Shown here: positions 1 through 12,739 of the stretch, piece by piece
How the letters are laid out: every line of letters begins with the position of its first letter
Position numbering within the stretch: position 1 is the first letter of the stretch
Assembly: GCA_013239625.1 (NCBI GenBank)
Contig: MU055008.1
Location: 7,338,277 to 7,402,276, forward strand
Length of the DNA: 64,000 nt
Source: Lama guanicoe
Lineage: Eukaryota
Reading direction: 5' to 3'
The notes under the pieces: model-generated
Told to the model about the DNA's origin: nothing
The model's database searches: none
What the model saw: the letters and a program-made list of their open reading frames with translations, nothing else
Position numbers and translations under genes: made by a program

Positions 1-269
1 GAAATTAATCACCATGTGCTGAGATTTATAGGAAGAGTGATTTTGGTGGAGAATGATTTTTTTTTTCCCTCCACAAATGACAGGAAAATGTTTCAACAGA
101 AGACAGAGCACTGAAGGTGAAACTTTATTTGGTTTTGGCATTGAGGAGAGAGTCACAGATAGTAGTAGCTGTCACAGAACTGCTTTAAGGTATTACCTAT
201 TAAGCGTAAAAACAGTGTATCACTAGCAAGAACAACTACACAAAATGTAAAGTCCTTGGGTAACATTTA

Positions 270-615
270 AAGAGGATTTCAGCTACAAGAGTGCTTAGGC
301 AATCAGGGTTTATTATAGTCACACACCAAGAAGTTACAGGTCAGCATTTGCAGAGTTGGTGAGCTCAGCAGCTTGTTGACATCAAGGCTCTGCGCCTGCT
401 CACTGAGATTTTCTGGGCTTTTGCCTCATGGTCACAAGGTGGCTGCCAGCACTCTAGGCACTGTATTTTTACAACATGGTGTCCAAAAGCACAAAGTGTG
501 GATGGACGCTTCTTTGTTTGCCTATTTTTATCAGGGAGGAAATCTTTCCCAGAAGACCCTAGCAGACTTCCTCATCTGAGTCCCAAGCCTACTCCTAAAC
601 CATCCCTGGCAAATT
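270..615 (-). mobile_element. Old MaLR LTR (MLT1I/J-like)
   Basis: CCTCATGGTCACAAGGTGGCTGCC and TTTTATCAGGGAGGAAATCTTTCCCAGAAG match recalled MLT1I/J antisense segments; ends approximate. Confidence 0.65.
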
Positions 616-875
616 TTGATTTCCCACCATGAAGTTAGGTGTACCATCTCTGAATGTGTTGCTGCTCAGTATCTGAACAAAGTCCCAAGATGGGTTTCAA
701 ATATATCTANNNNNNNNNNNNNNNNNNNNNNNNNNNNNNNNNNNNNNNNNNNNNNNNNNNNNNNNNNNNNNNNNNNNNNNNNNNNNNNNNNNNNNNNNNN
801 NNNNNNNNNNNNNNNNNNNNNNNNNNNNNNNNNNNNNNNNNNNNNNNNNNNNNNNNNNNNNNNNNNNNNNNNNNN

Positions 876-966
876 GTCTGTTTATTTTTAATGTTGTTAC
901 TGGGGATTGAACCCAGGACCTCGTGTATGCTAAGCAGGCACTCTACCACTGAGCTATACCCTCCCT
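876..966 (-). mobile_element. Camelid tRNA-derived SINE (tail runs into N gap 710-875)
   Basis: Reverse complement reads GGAGGGTATAGCTCAGTGGTAGAGTGCCTGCTTAGCATACACGAGGTCCTGGGTTCAATCCCCAG with Pol III A and B boxes; same family as 20037-20175. Confidence 0.9.
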
Positions 967-1327
967 TCCAATTCATCTACTGAAGCCTAAACCCCAATGT
1001 GATGGTTTTAGGAAGTGGAGCCTTTGGGAGGTAATTGAGTCATGAAGGGATTAGAGCTGTTAGACAAAGAGGCCAGAGAAGAACTCACTCTCTCTGTCTC
1101 TCTCTGTCTCTCTCCCTCCCTGCACATCACACTCCCTCCACATGAACACAAGCAGAAAGCAGCTGTCTGCAAGCCAGGAAAAGGGCCTTGGCCCTCACCA
1201 GAACCCAACCATGCTGGCACCCCAGTCTCAGACCTTCATCCTCCAGAACCCCGAGGAAGAAGTTTATGTTGTTTAAGTCACTTAGTTTTCGATATTTTTG
1301 TTACAGCAGCCCAAACTGACTGATACA
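967..1327 (+). mobile_element. MLT1A-like MaLR LTR
   Basis: CCCCAATGTGATGGTTTTAGGAAGTGGAGCCTTTGGGAGGTAATT, GCCCTCACCAGAACCCAACCATGCTGGCACC, terminal GTTACAGCAGCCCAAACTGACTGATACA. Confidence 0.85.
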
Positions 1328-1384
1328 CTTAGTTTATTATTATAAATATATTATTATGATGATGATGATTTATTACATATTATT

Positions 1385-1595
1385 ATTATTTACTGAGTAA
1401 ATGAACCATGGACCAGGTCACTTGCTTTGCATGTATTATCTACTCTTTATAACACCCAGTGAGTTAGACATCATCTTTTTGCAACTGAGAGAATTGGAAC
1501 TTTGAAATGTACAGCAACTTGTCCACAGGCTCACAGAGATAAGGAATTCACATCCCATTCTAACCAGCTCTAATGCTTGAGCTATTAACACTTCC
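1385..1595 (-). mobile_element. MIR SINE (degenerate)
   Basis: Decayed antisense MIR core (GCAACTTGTCCACAGGCTCACA). Confidence 0.55.
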
Positions 1596-1857
1596 CTATT
1601 GTAGGTAGAGGGAAGGGAGAACAGATTTACCAGAAACCTATTTTTAAGGTGACTCCTGGGAGATAACACATTCTGAGTGAAGAATGAGGCAGGCACGTCC
1701 AGACTAAGCCAGTGAGAAGACTTTGCTGGTCAGAGGGAATGAGCAATCTAGAATATAGCACCGCAGCTGTTGGCTCAGTCCCTGTTGTCTGACACATTAT
1801 AAGACATCAGGGCTCAAAGAACACTCCTTGGCTACCTCTCTGAGTTGAGTGGAATGA

Positions 1858-2290
1858 TGTAGCTGTTTCCTGAGGCTGCCAGAACAAATAACCACAAATT
1901 TGATGGCTTAACACAATGGAAATTTATTCTCACAGCTCTGGAGGCCAGAAGTCCAGAATCAAGGTGTTGCCAGAGCTGCATTCCATCCAGAAGCTCTAGG
2001 GGATGTTGTATTGCCTCTTCCTGCTTCTGGTGGCTGCCAGCTTTCCTGGGCTTGTGGCTGCATCTGTCCAATCTCTGTCTGTCTTCATTGGCTTTCTTCT
2101 CCTCTCTCTGGTGTGTCCCTTATAAGGATAGTTGTCATTGAATTTGAGACCCATATAATTCAGGATGATCTTGAGATCCTTAATTTAACTACATCTACAG
2201 AGATGTTTTCTGCAAATAATGTCACATTCACAGGTTCTGAGGATTAATAATTGAACATGCCTTTTCAGAAGTCACCATTCAACACACTAT
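1858..2290 (-). mobile_element. MLT1C-like MaLR LTR
   Basis: GGAAATTTATTCTCACAGCTCTGGAGGCCAGAAGTCC, CTTCTGGTGGCTGCCAGC, GTCACATTCACAGGTTCTGAGGATT. Confidence 0.9.
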
Positions 2291-2299
2291 AAGCAGTAT

Positions 2300-2770
2300 A
2301 AGGCTCTTTTGGTTTTATGTGACAGGCACACTACCCAAATTAAATAAGCTAAAGGAAATGTGTGGGTTTATGAAAATGGAACGTATAGGGGAGGTTCTAG
2401 CTTTCAGTGGATCTAAGTACTCACATGACGTTAGCAGGGTTCTTTCCTATCTTTGATTCCATTTCTCAGCTCTGCTTGTCTCAGTTTCTTTATTCTTTCT
2501 GCAAGCCTTTCCTGTGGGGCTGTCACCCCAACACTCATAACCTTGAAACCTTGCCGTTGAAGAAAACAGCAAGGGGTAGCTGTTCACAGCCCTTTGGAAT
2601 TCCTAAGGAAGACTCTGATTGGCCACCCAGAGTCACATGCCCATTTCTACAGAGGAAAGTGTTGGGGGAAGGGCTTTACAATGATTGACAACCCCATTAG
2701 AACTATATGGAAGAATGGAAGCATAGTTCCTCCAAGGAAGTGATGTTGGGCAGAAAAATGAAATATTTCT
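2300..2770 (-). mobile_element. Old MaLR LTR (MLT1K/L-like)
   Basis: GACTCTGATTGGCC...GTCACATGCCCAT motif typical of old MLT1 LTRs; highly diverged. Confidence 0.5.
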
Positions 2771-3023
2771 ACCACAGGACATTCTTTCCCCCTCTGTTAC
2801 TCGAATGAGGCACAGCTTTACATCTAGAGGACTCTAGGCCCCTGCTTCCATGAGAGATAAGCAGCAGATAACACACTAAATTACAAATTTGCATTAGGAG
2901 ACAGTGGAATTTACTCGTGACCCCATGTAAGAAAGACACCTAGGTGGAGTCCTCAAAATATTTGTTGAAGAAAACCACATAGGAAATGAGAGTCTCTGCA
3001 TATATTTACAGGCTGGAGGGACT

Positions 3024-3298
3024 TGGAAATAATAACAAGAAAAAAATACCCAGGAAGGCCACTAATGTTTGAAAATCAAGCAACACACTTCTAAATAACC
3101 CATGGGTCCAGTAAGCAATCACAATTGACATTAGGAAATATTTTGAACTGAATGCTAAGTAAGTTGTGACATATTGCAGCTTATGGGAATGCAGCTAAAG
3201 CCATACTTAGAGGGACATTTATAGCCTTAAATGCATCTATTGGTTGGGGCAAGGAGAGCTGAAAAAATGAGCTAGACATAAATTTCAAAAAGTTAGGG
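3024..3298 (+). mobile_element. L1M ORF2 fragment
   Basis: CAACACACTTCTAAATAACCCATGGGTC, AATATTTTGAACTGAATG, GCAGCTAAAGC..ACTTAGAGGGACATTTATAGCCTTAAATGCAT are L1 ORF2 hallmarks. Confidence 0.9.
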
Positions 3299-3309
3299 GC
3301 TTTGTCAAA

Positions 3310-3640
3310 ATGCAGGAATTATTGACTCTTGTAACTGAAAAGTCCAAGTAAGACTCTGTCTTCAGACATCTAGATCAGAATGTCAAAAAATATCATGAGA
3401 TAGTAGCTGCCCATCCTGTTTGCCTGCTTGCCTCCAGGTTGAATTTATTCTCAGGTAGGTTATGTTCATGTGCTGGTGAAGACAATCCAGGTTTAGATCT
3501 TCCAAGCTGAGTGGGAGGATAGTTCAGTGAAAAGAGGAATAAATAGTTCTAAATGGCTCCAGTAAATGTTTCTCCATTGATTCTGAATCATCTGGCTTGG
3601 GCCCCATGCCCACCTCCAAAGCAATCAATGCGGCCATTGG
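3310..3640 (-). mobile_element. Old MaLR LTR fragment (MLT1K-like)
   Basis: TTATTGACTCTTGTAACTGAAAAGTCC and CTTGGGCCCCATGCCCACCTCCAAAGCAATCA. Confidence 0.5.
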
Positions 3641-4429
3641 AATCCCACTGGATTTGAATATGAAGAAGATGATTTGTTCACATTTTAAAAGTGGTTACTA
3701 AGTATCAGCATGCATCTTAAAAAACAAACCAACCTCATTCATTTTTGTTTTATTTTTTAATTCAAGAGACTTCTCCTTTGCATGATTTGATTTCCACGAA
3801 GCATTTGAGAGTCTACCATGATACCCTTGTGATGGAAGTGGTGGACTTTTACTCGGTGCATTTGTAGCCAGTTGACTGATGATGATCACTTCATTCTTTT
3901 TCTAACTAATTTCCAAGCCATCTGCTTAAAATGTGTTGATAATCAGTGTGACAGGATGCCTCTCCAACGGACGTTCTTCTGGAGAATTCTCTCTAGAGGG
4001 TAACCCAATGCTTTTTTTCTCTGCCTCTGGCACAATTCCTTTTCAGTATTTTTCTTAGACAAATGTGTAAGAAATTTTTTTCTTCAGTTTTGAAGATGAT
4101 AGGAAATAGAAAGGATAAGATCGCGCCATAAGGGAACATGTTGAATTTGACTAGAATTTTGTTTTGAAGGGATTAAGATGAACTTAAATAGTAATGAATA
4201 CAAAAGACTGAATTTGATTTAAAAAATTCTCTTGTCCAAGTTTAGAGGGTAGGGAAAACATAAGTGGCAGTAGCTTATGTGCAAAGTCAAGATCAAAGTG
4301 AGGCACAGAGCAGCTCAGCTCCTAAGGAAGTGAATGCAGCCCATGTGTCAGGACACCAGACCACAGCATTCCTGCAGGATGGTTCCGTGTTTGCCCCGGG
4401 TTGCCTGCCGATCCCTCCAGTTCTAACAG

Positions 4430-4850
4430 TGGGTTTGGTTCCTGGGTTCTCATTTTAAGGTGGGGCATTGACGATCTTGAGAGTCCTCCAGTCAAGGCAT
4501 TCTGATTAGTGAGGAATTCAGAACCATTATGTAGAAATACTGGATAGAGGAACTGGTTATATTTAGCCCAGGGAGCTGGAGATTAAAAAAAAGAACAGCT
4601 GCTTTTAAATATTAAAGGGCTGTGATGTGGAGGAGGAAGCAGTCCTGATCTTGTTACTCCAGAAGATGCACTAGGAGAACAGGAGGAATTTTTAAGAGAG
4701 TAGATTTGACTCAGGAAGAGATACTTTGTAATAATTGAAATTGGTAAAAAATTGAGCACCTTCCCTGGCCCCTGCTCACGAGCTCTGGCTGATGCTCAGG
4801 GAACTTCTTCAGGCAGAAATGGTATTTTTAGGAGTTCCCATATCTGTTGA
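4430..4850 (+). mobile_element. L3/CR1 LINE fragment (3' RT region)
   Basis: CATTTTAAGGTGGGGCATTGAC, GAGGAACTGGTTATATTTAGCC, GCTGCTTTTAAATATTAAAGGGCTGTGATGTGGAGGAGG follow the recalled L3 consensus in order. Confidence 0.8.
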
Positions 4851-4909
4851 AGGTTGTAGATGGAACCTTAAAGTCCTGACTGAATTTCACCAGAATCCTA
4901 GGGACCCAC

Positions 4910-5020
4910 GAGGAAAATTTGAGGGTCTTAATGGAACACAAGGCTAAATGAGCCAAAATTGTGACAGAGCTACTGGAGAAAAAAAAAAAAGCAAATGTGA
5001 TCATTTCAGACAATTCTGGG
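4910..5020 (+). mobile_element. L3/CR1 LINE fragment
   Basis: GAAAATTTGAGGGTCTTAATGGAACACAAGGCTAAATGAGCCAAAATTGTGAC...AAAAGCAAATGTGATC resembles CR1 'DLGVLVDHKLNMSQQC..AAKKANAI'. Confidence 0.6.
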
Positions 5021-5477
5021 CATGTTCTCATTGTCATCTCATTGTCACCTGCCCCACCCAAGCCTGGCTCCGGATGTTCGAATACAGCTACATTTGGTTG
5101 CCAGAGTTAACTAGAAATTTCCATTGTCCTGGAAATGCTTTTAACCAGAGTTTTCTTCAAGTATAGATAATCTTTGAAATGCAAACATTCTAGGTCTGGA
5201 TAGTACCTTAACGTAAGCTCACTGATTCTAGGAACAAATTGGCAGCATCCTTTGTTCTGCGGAGTGCCTGATTCTCGGCCGACTCCCTGCATTGGGAGAG
5301 CAGGTGAGAAGACCCAGCTTGGGAGGCGGGGGGCTCTGGGGAAGTCTAGCTTCCATTCCTGGTGCCTGGGGCTGTGGGATGTAATCCCTCAAGACATCTC
5401 TTCCTGCTGGGAAGCAGTTTCACTGTGAGTTCCAGGCTGTTCTCTGCAAGGAATTTCTCCAGGATGGAACAGTTGAC

Positions 5478-5524
5478 AGAGAGAGAGAGAGAGAGAGAAG
5501 GAGAGAGAGAGAGAGAGACAGAGA
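5478..5524. repeat. (GA)n microsatellite
   Basis: Interrupted GA run seen directly. Confidence 0.95.
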
Positions 5525-5825
5525 GCAAATAAACACAAAGGCCAGGATCCCAAATACACAAAGGACTGCACTGGGGTGGGAGAGCTATATCCTAGAAGGG
5601 AAGAGGCTGGAGGCTGGATGCTCTGCACAGTAAGGTCAAAGGAAAGACATGATGGGAGGAAGCAACTCAGAAAAGCAAGCATATCTGATGAAGATTTTTC
5701 AGTAACAGAAAGAACGCTAATGACACCTAACATTGCCATGTATTTACTGTGTCAGGCATTGTATGCCCTCCTGCCTAACTTCACATAGTTATCTCAGGTG
5801 ACCAAGAAGAAAAGGATGAACAAGT

Positions 5826-6336
5826 TGTCAACAGGAAGAGTTCAGTCAAGTCTAATTTTCACCCTTTTTAGATACCGATAATAACAACTCGTCAATGAAA
5901 ATCAATAGCCAATCTAGGAAAGAAGTGGAAAATTTTCTTCGAGCCAAATTTGAGGATTATAACCTGGGAACAGCATCTCAGAAAGCTCTGAGAACTGTTC
6001 TGCCTGTTAGACGTCAAAACACAGTTATTTAAGTTTTTTTGAGTCAGAGGGCTGTGCACTAAATGATGTATAATTGACAGCTTACAGAATCCAGATCTGA
6101 GCGCCATCATGACCCCTTACGAGATCAAGAAGGAATGTTAGTTTTAAGGAGTTGTCTTGTTGCTGTGAGGAGAATGCTGCTCTTTATGGTTGAGCGGGTA
6201 TTTCTGCTGCTGGGGGAGGTTTAGTCAATGAATCACACAGACACACAGTGCGGGGAGAGAGGAGGCCAAAGGACAGAGAAATTTTTTATGTTTCAATATT
6301 TTTTGCCTTGCCATAAAACATGAATTTTATTTCACA
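5826..6336 (-). mobile_element. Lineage-specific ERV1-type solo LTR inserted in a MIR
   Basis: Minus strand starts TGTGAAATAAAATTCATG and ends CCTGTTGACA (TG..CA); MIR-like sequence on both sides (5720-5795, 6337-6465); TSD not resolved. Confidence 0.7.
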
Positions 6337-6869
6337 AACCCTAGAAGTTGGAAATGTTTCATCTACAGTTTACTGAAGAGAAAAATGTACAGAATTTAAG
6401 TAACATGCCTAAGACCTCACAACAAGTGGAAGAGCATTTGAGCTCAAGTGTTTGGGCTCCAGGCTGCACCATGTCATGTAGAGCGGGACCAGGCAGCTGG
6501 CTTTGAGATGAGTGATAGAAGTCTCTCTATCCCCTCTATGAAATCTTCAGTAAAATCAATGTTGCTTACTAGTTCTTTTGGTATGCCGTCCTCTTTCTGG
6601 GGCCTGGGAAGAGAGGCTATGTCCTGCTTTGAGATGGACCAGGGATGAAAACAAGGGCACGTGTGGAAACAGGTGACATCAAGGTTACAAGAAGGCTGAG
6701 CAAAGGGAAGGAAAAATTCTTTCTAAGACCTAGAGCAGAGGTAGACTAATCTCTCCACAAAATCTCTCATGATGCAATAGTCTCCTTGCTTGCCCAGTCC
6801 AAGCCCAACCACAGCATCAAAGAAAGAAGAGTCTGAGCCCATTTCCACACATGCTCTGGAACACTCAGA

Positions 6870-7258
6870 AAAGGCTATGTCGTGCTGCAGTAACGACGAT
6901 CCCGAGCCCGCAATGACTTACAGCCACGGAAGTTTATTTCTTGCATAAGTTTCATGTCCGTCATGGGAGACTACATCATGCTTCGTCTTCCTTGGGATCT
7001 AGGCTGATGAAGCAGCCTCTTTCTGGATCGTTGTCTGGCTTGTGGAAGAGGGAAAATATACACAGAAAACCAGGCTTTGGTTCTTCAAGCTTTTGCCTGG
7101 AGAGGATGCATGTCAGATGATTTTGCTTGCATTTTTGGCAAGAGCAAGTCGCATTGCCAAGCCTGATGTTGGGGGATGAGGTGGGGGACAGTGAGGAAGC
7201 ATCTCCTTCAGGAAGGGCCAGTAAATATTTTTGAATAATAATAATACCATCCATGACA
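6870..7258 (-). mobile_element. ERVL LTR (LTR33-like)
   Basis: GTGCTGCAGTAAC..GTTTATTTCTTGC..CTAGGCTGATGAAGCAGCC..GAGCAAGTCGCATTGCCAAGCCTGA. Confidence 0.7.
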
Positions 7259-8234
7259 GTCTCAAAGCGTTAAATCCTTGAGGACAGACGAAAAGTTCAG
7301 CCTTTAGCACCATGACCCTATAAAGCACCCTTGCCCTTGAAATTAATGCATGCTAGGGGGAGGAAGGAGGAGCATGGAAGAGAAGGGGGACCAGAGAGGA
7401 GCCCCTAGAGGCCAAAAGTATACATTACTAATGACAAGAAAAAGGGGACAGTACAGCTTCAGCTGGTTAAGTGATGAGGGTGAATGCCCTTGGCCCAGGA
7501 AGGAGGGGAGGTTACAGAGAGGCCCATCCAGAAGGCAGGCCCAGAGGAGGAGAACCTGGCACTGCCTGGGGCTATTGTCTCGTTAGAAAATAGAACGACT
7601 ATTTTCCTATGACCCAGTTTTAATACTGTGAGTTTGTAAGGAAGCTGAGGGAGCCAAACTTTAATCTCTAAAGAAGCTTAATTTCTGGTGAAAAAAAAAA
7701 GCACTTATCTACAGATAAGTACAGTTCAGTTCAAGTCTTAGAATAGAAAAAGTAAGTCAGAGAGGAGAACAGGTCAGGGTGAGTGGCTCAGAGGGAGTGG
7801 TCCTCAGTCTTCTGAGCTCATACGCTCTGGGGTTGACAGTCAGAGGACAAAAATCATGGCATACACATTTACGAATACACTTATGTGAACTGGGCCAGAA
7901 TATTTTAAATTAAAAGTGTTATCAGAATCTGGGATATAACATCATGGGGCCCTGAAGTTTTCCTACAACTCCTAAAACCCACTCCAGAGAGGGACCTTCT
8001 GATTTAAACTTTTCATTGGCTCTTTGAGAATTTGAATAGTTTTTAAAGGGTTCTGGCCAACTTCCTCATCAAAGATATTGTCCAGGGGAAAGTGATGGAT
8101 TGTGATGGCTGACAGGCAAAAGCAGGAGACGTGTGAGCAGATATTTCAACAGGAAAGAGTAGGTTCAAGTTTAACTCTCATGTTTTTCAGACAGCAGTAC
8201 GTGTGCATGATAAAAAGCAAATGACTTATTGATC

Positions 8235-8685
8235 CAGGTAGGATACATTGGTTCAGCTGCTTTAACAGAGATGAAACTAGGGGCAACTTAGACAAGAGAG
8301 AAGGTTTATTTTCCTCTCCTTTGAGGTCTGAGCCGTCCAGGGCAGTCTGAGGGGCTGGATGTAGATCAGCAGTTCTGATCCACCAGGTCACCCAGGGAGG
8401 CGGGTCTTTTCTTCTTGCTGCTCCGCTGCTCCTGTGGTCTCATCCCCGTTGGACCTGGTTCACTCTCCCTAAGTCCTTCCAGCCGAGATAAATGGTGTGG
8501 CAGGCAAGCACTTCCCTGAAAGGTGAGATCCTGGGGGTAACACACATCACTTCTGCAGCATCCTATTTGCTGGAACTTAGTCACGTGGGCATGGCTGGCC
8601 GCAAGGGAAGCTGGGAAATGTAGTCCAGCTGGGCAGGTCTATTCATCACGCGAGGAAGGGAGGGTAGATCCTGGGGAACCATGCT
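8235..8685 (-). mobile_element. ERVL LTR (LTR16-like)
   Basis: CACACATCACTTCTGC..GAACTTAGTCACGTGG..GCAAGGGAAGCTGGGAAATGTAGTC. Confidence 0.7.
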
Positions 8686-9967
8686 CAGTAAACAGTAAAT
8701 GATATACATCCCTATGAATCAAGAAACAAAACTCTATGTTGTTAAAAATCCCTGAATAGGATGCTATGGCTAATAACTGCAAATATGAATATTTCTCAAA
8801 GTTAAAAGAATTAATGGTCTTCAGCCCTGGGACCTCTCTTTGGCAACTCGAAGGTTTTTATAGCCATTCACAGCACGACAGATCCAGAAGGGAGATGCTC
8901 TTGGTGAACTGGCCCATGGACCACATACTGTCTGGTCCCAAAGTCCCCCACTCAGGACAGCCAAACCTTCAGAGGCCCTGAGTTGCCCCGTGACCTGGGA
9001 CAAAATTGAGGAGAAGAGGGAGTTTGAGATGAGATCCTCCTCCCCTACTGTGTCTGCTGGACTCCAGGTGGCTGCAAAATTCAACATGCCTCTCATCAAA
9101 ACGGAGCCTCCTGCTTCTTTCCTGTGCTTTTCTCTCCATGGAGGAATGAGGCACCTTCCTGTCCTCTATCCCTCTCCCCACCACTCTCTTCCTACAGGTA
9201 TAACGACCCCAACCCCCCACCGCCCCAGCCACACACACACGGATAGCAAAACAAGAGCCCCCGTGCAACTGGCAAGGTAATCCCTATAAAAGCTAGTTTG
9301 TGTTTGTGGTTCTTATATCGCCCCAAATCCCCATTTCAAGCAAGTAGCCAGGGTTTGTAATTCTTCACCAGAGAAGCAAGCTGGGCCCACTGAGGGTGAG
9401 TGAGTGATGTCTCACAGGCCACAGACAAGATATAATGCAGAAGGACCTTTCCAGTGGTCCATCAGAGTCCCATTAGAGTCCCCACAGGCACTCAGGTTTC
9501 CACAGAAACTGCAGCACTGCCCTCGGCTGTCCAGGCAGATGCCTCACAATGTCAGGAAAGCAGGCTGGCTGTCAGCAGGGTGGCGGGTGTCCCGTGACAG
9601 CAGGGAGGGAGAGCGTGGCATCGCCCGCAGGTCTGGGATAACAGTGTGAGGGTCAGGGCAGTGTCCCTGCAAGTTAAGCTGCTGCTAAAAATGGCAGCAG
9701 AGACAAGGTTTGCAAAGCAGAAGGACGTTCAGATTAGCCTGGCCTCCTCCCCCTTCCCTGGGGCCCAGGAGCTGTCTGTGAGCTGTGTCCAGCTGGTGCC
9801 ACCATGGGAAGCCTGACATTCCTCATCTGTGTCCCTCAATGGGGTCTCCTAAGGAGATGGACAGATTGGGGAGGGCAGGGTAATGGATAGAAAAAGAGGG
9901 GATTGGAGAGAAGGAGAGAAAGAAGCAAGAGAAACATTGGAGGGGGGTGGAGGAAGGGAGGGAGAGA

Positions 9968-10035
9968 GGAAGGAAGGAAGGAAGGAAGGAAGGAAGGAAG
10001 GAAGGAAGGAAGGAAGGAAGGAAGGAAGGAAGGAA
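9968..10035. repeat. (GGAA)17 microsatellite
   Basis: 17 perfect GGAA units counted. Confidence 0.97.
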
Positions 10036-10104
10036 GGTAGGTTATTTTGTTAGCTCAGTTTAGGGGCCCAGGCATTTCCATTTCAAACTCCTCCTCATCC
10101 CAGG

Positions 10105-10561
10105 TGTTATGGGTTCAGTTGTATCCCCCACCCTGGAAAAACAACAAAAAGAGACATGTTGGTGTCCTAACCCCCAGTACCTCAGAATGTGATCTTATTT
10201 GGAAAGAAGGTCATTGCAGATGTAATTAGCTACGATGAGGTCATACTGGAGTAAGACAGATCCCCTACTCGAATATGACTGGTGTTCTTTTAAAAAGACA
10301 CAGAGACACAGGGAGAGGCCATGTGAAGATGGAGGCAGGTTGGAGTGATGCTGCCACAAGCCGAGCAACATTTGGAGCTACTGTAATCTGGAAGAGGCAA
10401 GGAATGCTCCTTCCCCTGCAGGTTTCAAAGGGAGCACGGCCTGGCTGACAACTTGATTTTGGACTTTTAGCCTTCAGATCTGTGAGCTAATAGATTCCTG
10501 TTGTTCTAAGCCACCCAGTTTATGATACTTTGTTGTAATAGCTCTAGGAAATTAGGATACA
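10105..10561 (+). mobile_element. MLT1B-like MaLR LTR
   Basis: TGTTATGGGTT start, GTCCTAACCCCCAGTACCTCAGAATGTGA, TAAGCCACCCAGTTT, ends GATACA. Confidence 0.9.
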
Positions 10562-11287
10562 AGATTCTGGAATGAGGTTGAGGGCCCTTGAGGAAGGTGG
10601 CCATAACAGTGGAGCTGGCCACTCCTGGTCAAAGGTTGGTGGATCCTGGGGGCTGAGTGGCCATGGAGAGGGTCCTTGGTAAAGAGCCCACCCTTGGCAT
10701 GGGGGGTGGCAGAAAGGGTGAGGGCACAGGCAGGTGATGGGACGTTTGCAGCTCATGAGGCTGGGACAGTCTGCTGACTGTGACCTTTGCTGCAGGGAGC
10801 CTCCTGGACATGAGGACAGTGCCCCTTGTAGCTTTGTAGTGGCCATGTTTTCAGACTCCTTTAAACTCTCTGTATCCTGGCCTCCTCCACTTCTGCCCAC
10901 ATCCCTTCTAACAAAAGCTCTCATCTTCCCCTACAGATGCTTTGGTGGTCAGATGTAGAAAATACTTGGTTGTCCAGTAAAATCAGAATATAGCAAAGCT
11001 GCAGTGGGGGGAAAAAAAGGAGTTCTTATTCCTAGAGCCTTCCCAGGGGGACAGGGGCTTCTCCAGAAGTGGGCTTTCTTCTGGAGGAGATGGGGTACTT
11101 GCGTTCCAGTCTGGGAAAGGTTTTCCTCTCCCACCAAGAGCCAACTGACACTTCAAAGAAGAAAGTTGGGCTGGAAGGGAGAGAGAAGAAGCAGGTAGTC
11201 TGTTTCCTGAAATTCATCCATGAAAATCATGTCTCTCTTCAACTGTGGTCAGGAAAATGATCCCAGGCAGAAAAATAAAAGAGCAGT

Positions 11288-12059
11288 AAAAATTAACCCA
11301 AAATATATCCTCGACCCAAATGTAAAACACAAAACTATAAAACTCCTAGAAAATAACGCAGGAGAAAACACATGACCTTGAATATGTAGACGCTTTTTTA
11401 GATACAATGACACTATCCATGAAAGAAAGAATTGATAAGCTAATTTTAACTTAATTAAAACTAAAGCTTCTTCTCTGTGAAAGTCAATATTAAGAAATTA
11501 GAAGACAAGACACATTGGAAAAAATATTCGCAAAAGACACATCTGATAAAGGACTGTTACCCAAAATACACAAAGAAGTCTTAACATTCAACAGTAAGAA
11601 AACAAACGACCCAATTAGAAAATGGGTCAAAATTTTAACAGACATCCCACCAAAGAAGCCATACAGGTGACAAATAAGCATATGAAAAGATGTTCCACAT
11701 CATTTGTCATGGGAGAAATAATACAACTTAAAACAAGGTATCAGTGCACACCTATTAGAATAGCCAGAATATGGAACACCAACATCAAATGNNNNNNNNN
11801 NNNNNNNNNNNNNNNNNNNNNNNNNNNNNNNNNNNNNNNNNNNNNNNNNNNNNNNNNNNNNNNNNNNNNNNNNNNNNNNNNNNNNNNNNNNNNNNNNNNN
11901 NNNNNNNNNNNNNNNNNNNNNNNNNNNNNNNNNNNNNNNNNNNNNNNNNNNNNNNNNNNNNNNNNNNNNNNNNNNNNNNCACACAATGTTTATAGAAACT
12001 TTATTTGTGGTTGTCAAAACTTCAAAGCAAACAAGATATCCTTCAGTAGGTGAATGGAC
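11288..12059 (+). mobile_element. L1M (L1MB/MC-type) ORF2 3' fragment containing N gap 11792-11979
   Basis: AAAACTATAAAACTCCTAGAA, TCTGATAAAGGACTGTTACCCAAAATACACAAAGAA; ORF 11622-12053 contains L1-like 'NKHMKRCSTS'. Confidence 0.92.
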
Positions 12060-12109
12060 TTAAGGAGCCATCAAGATTAGAACCTCCATGGGGAGACTCC
12101 AACTCTTTA

Positions 12110-12600
12110 GTTACACTGGACTATCTTGTTGTTACACACTGGATTCCACTAATAATATTCCCCCCAAATATGGCAGCTTCAGTGAGCTAAAGACTTATTT
12201 CTCTCTCATGAAACAGTCCAGACAAGTGGTGCAGGTTCTCAGCTCAACTGTGTGTGGACCCAGGACCTTCCCATCTCCTTGCTTTACCATCCATAAAGTC
12301 TTCTCTTTGAACAGATTGTCAAAGTTGGCTCTCCACCATCTCCACATCCCAGCCCACGTGAAAGGGACAAGGAAGGAAGGAAGCAGGAGCATCTTTCCTA
12401 TTATGGGAACACCCCAGAAGATGAACCTTCTGTTCCTGCTCATGTCCCACTGTCCTGAAACTGACCATATAATTGGTCATACTTAGCTGCAAGGGAGGTT
12501 GGGAAACATTACCTTTTAGCTGGATTGACCAAGTTGAAACTTCTATTACTATGGAAAGGAGAAAAGAATATTGTAGGAAACAAGAACAGTCCCCACCACT
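12110..12600 (-). mobile_element. ERVL LTR (LTR16-like)
   Basis: TTATTTCTCTCTCATG..CTTAGCTGCAAGGGAGGTTGGGAAA..TCTATTACTATGGAAAGGAG. Confidence 0.65.
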
Positions 12601-12739
12601 AAGCTAATAGGGATTTCCTTCATCAGAGTTCATATAGAAAGGATGAAGTTTGTCCAGGAAGTGGGCGTAACCCGGATCAGGACTCTCTGATCTGTTTCCC
12701 CAACATTGCTCTTGGACTTCACAGTGACCTCCCTAGTTT

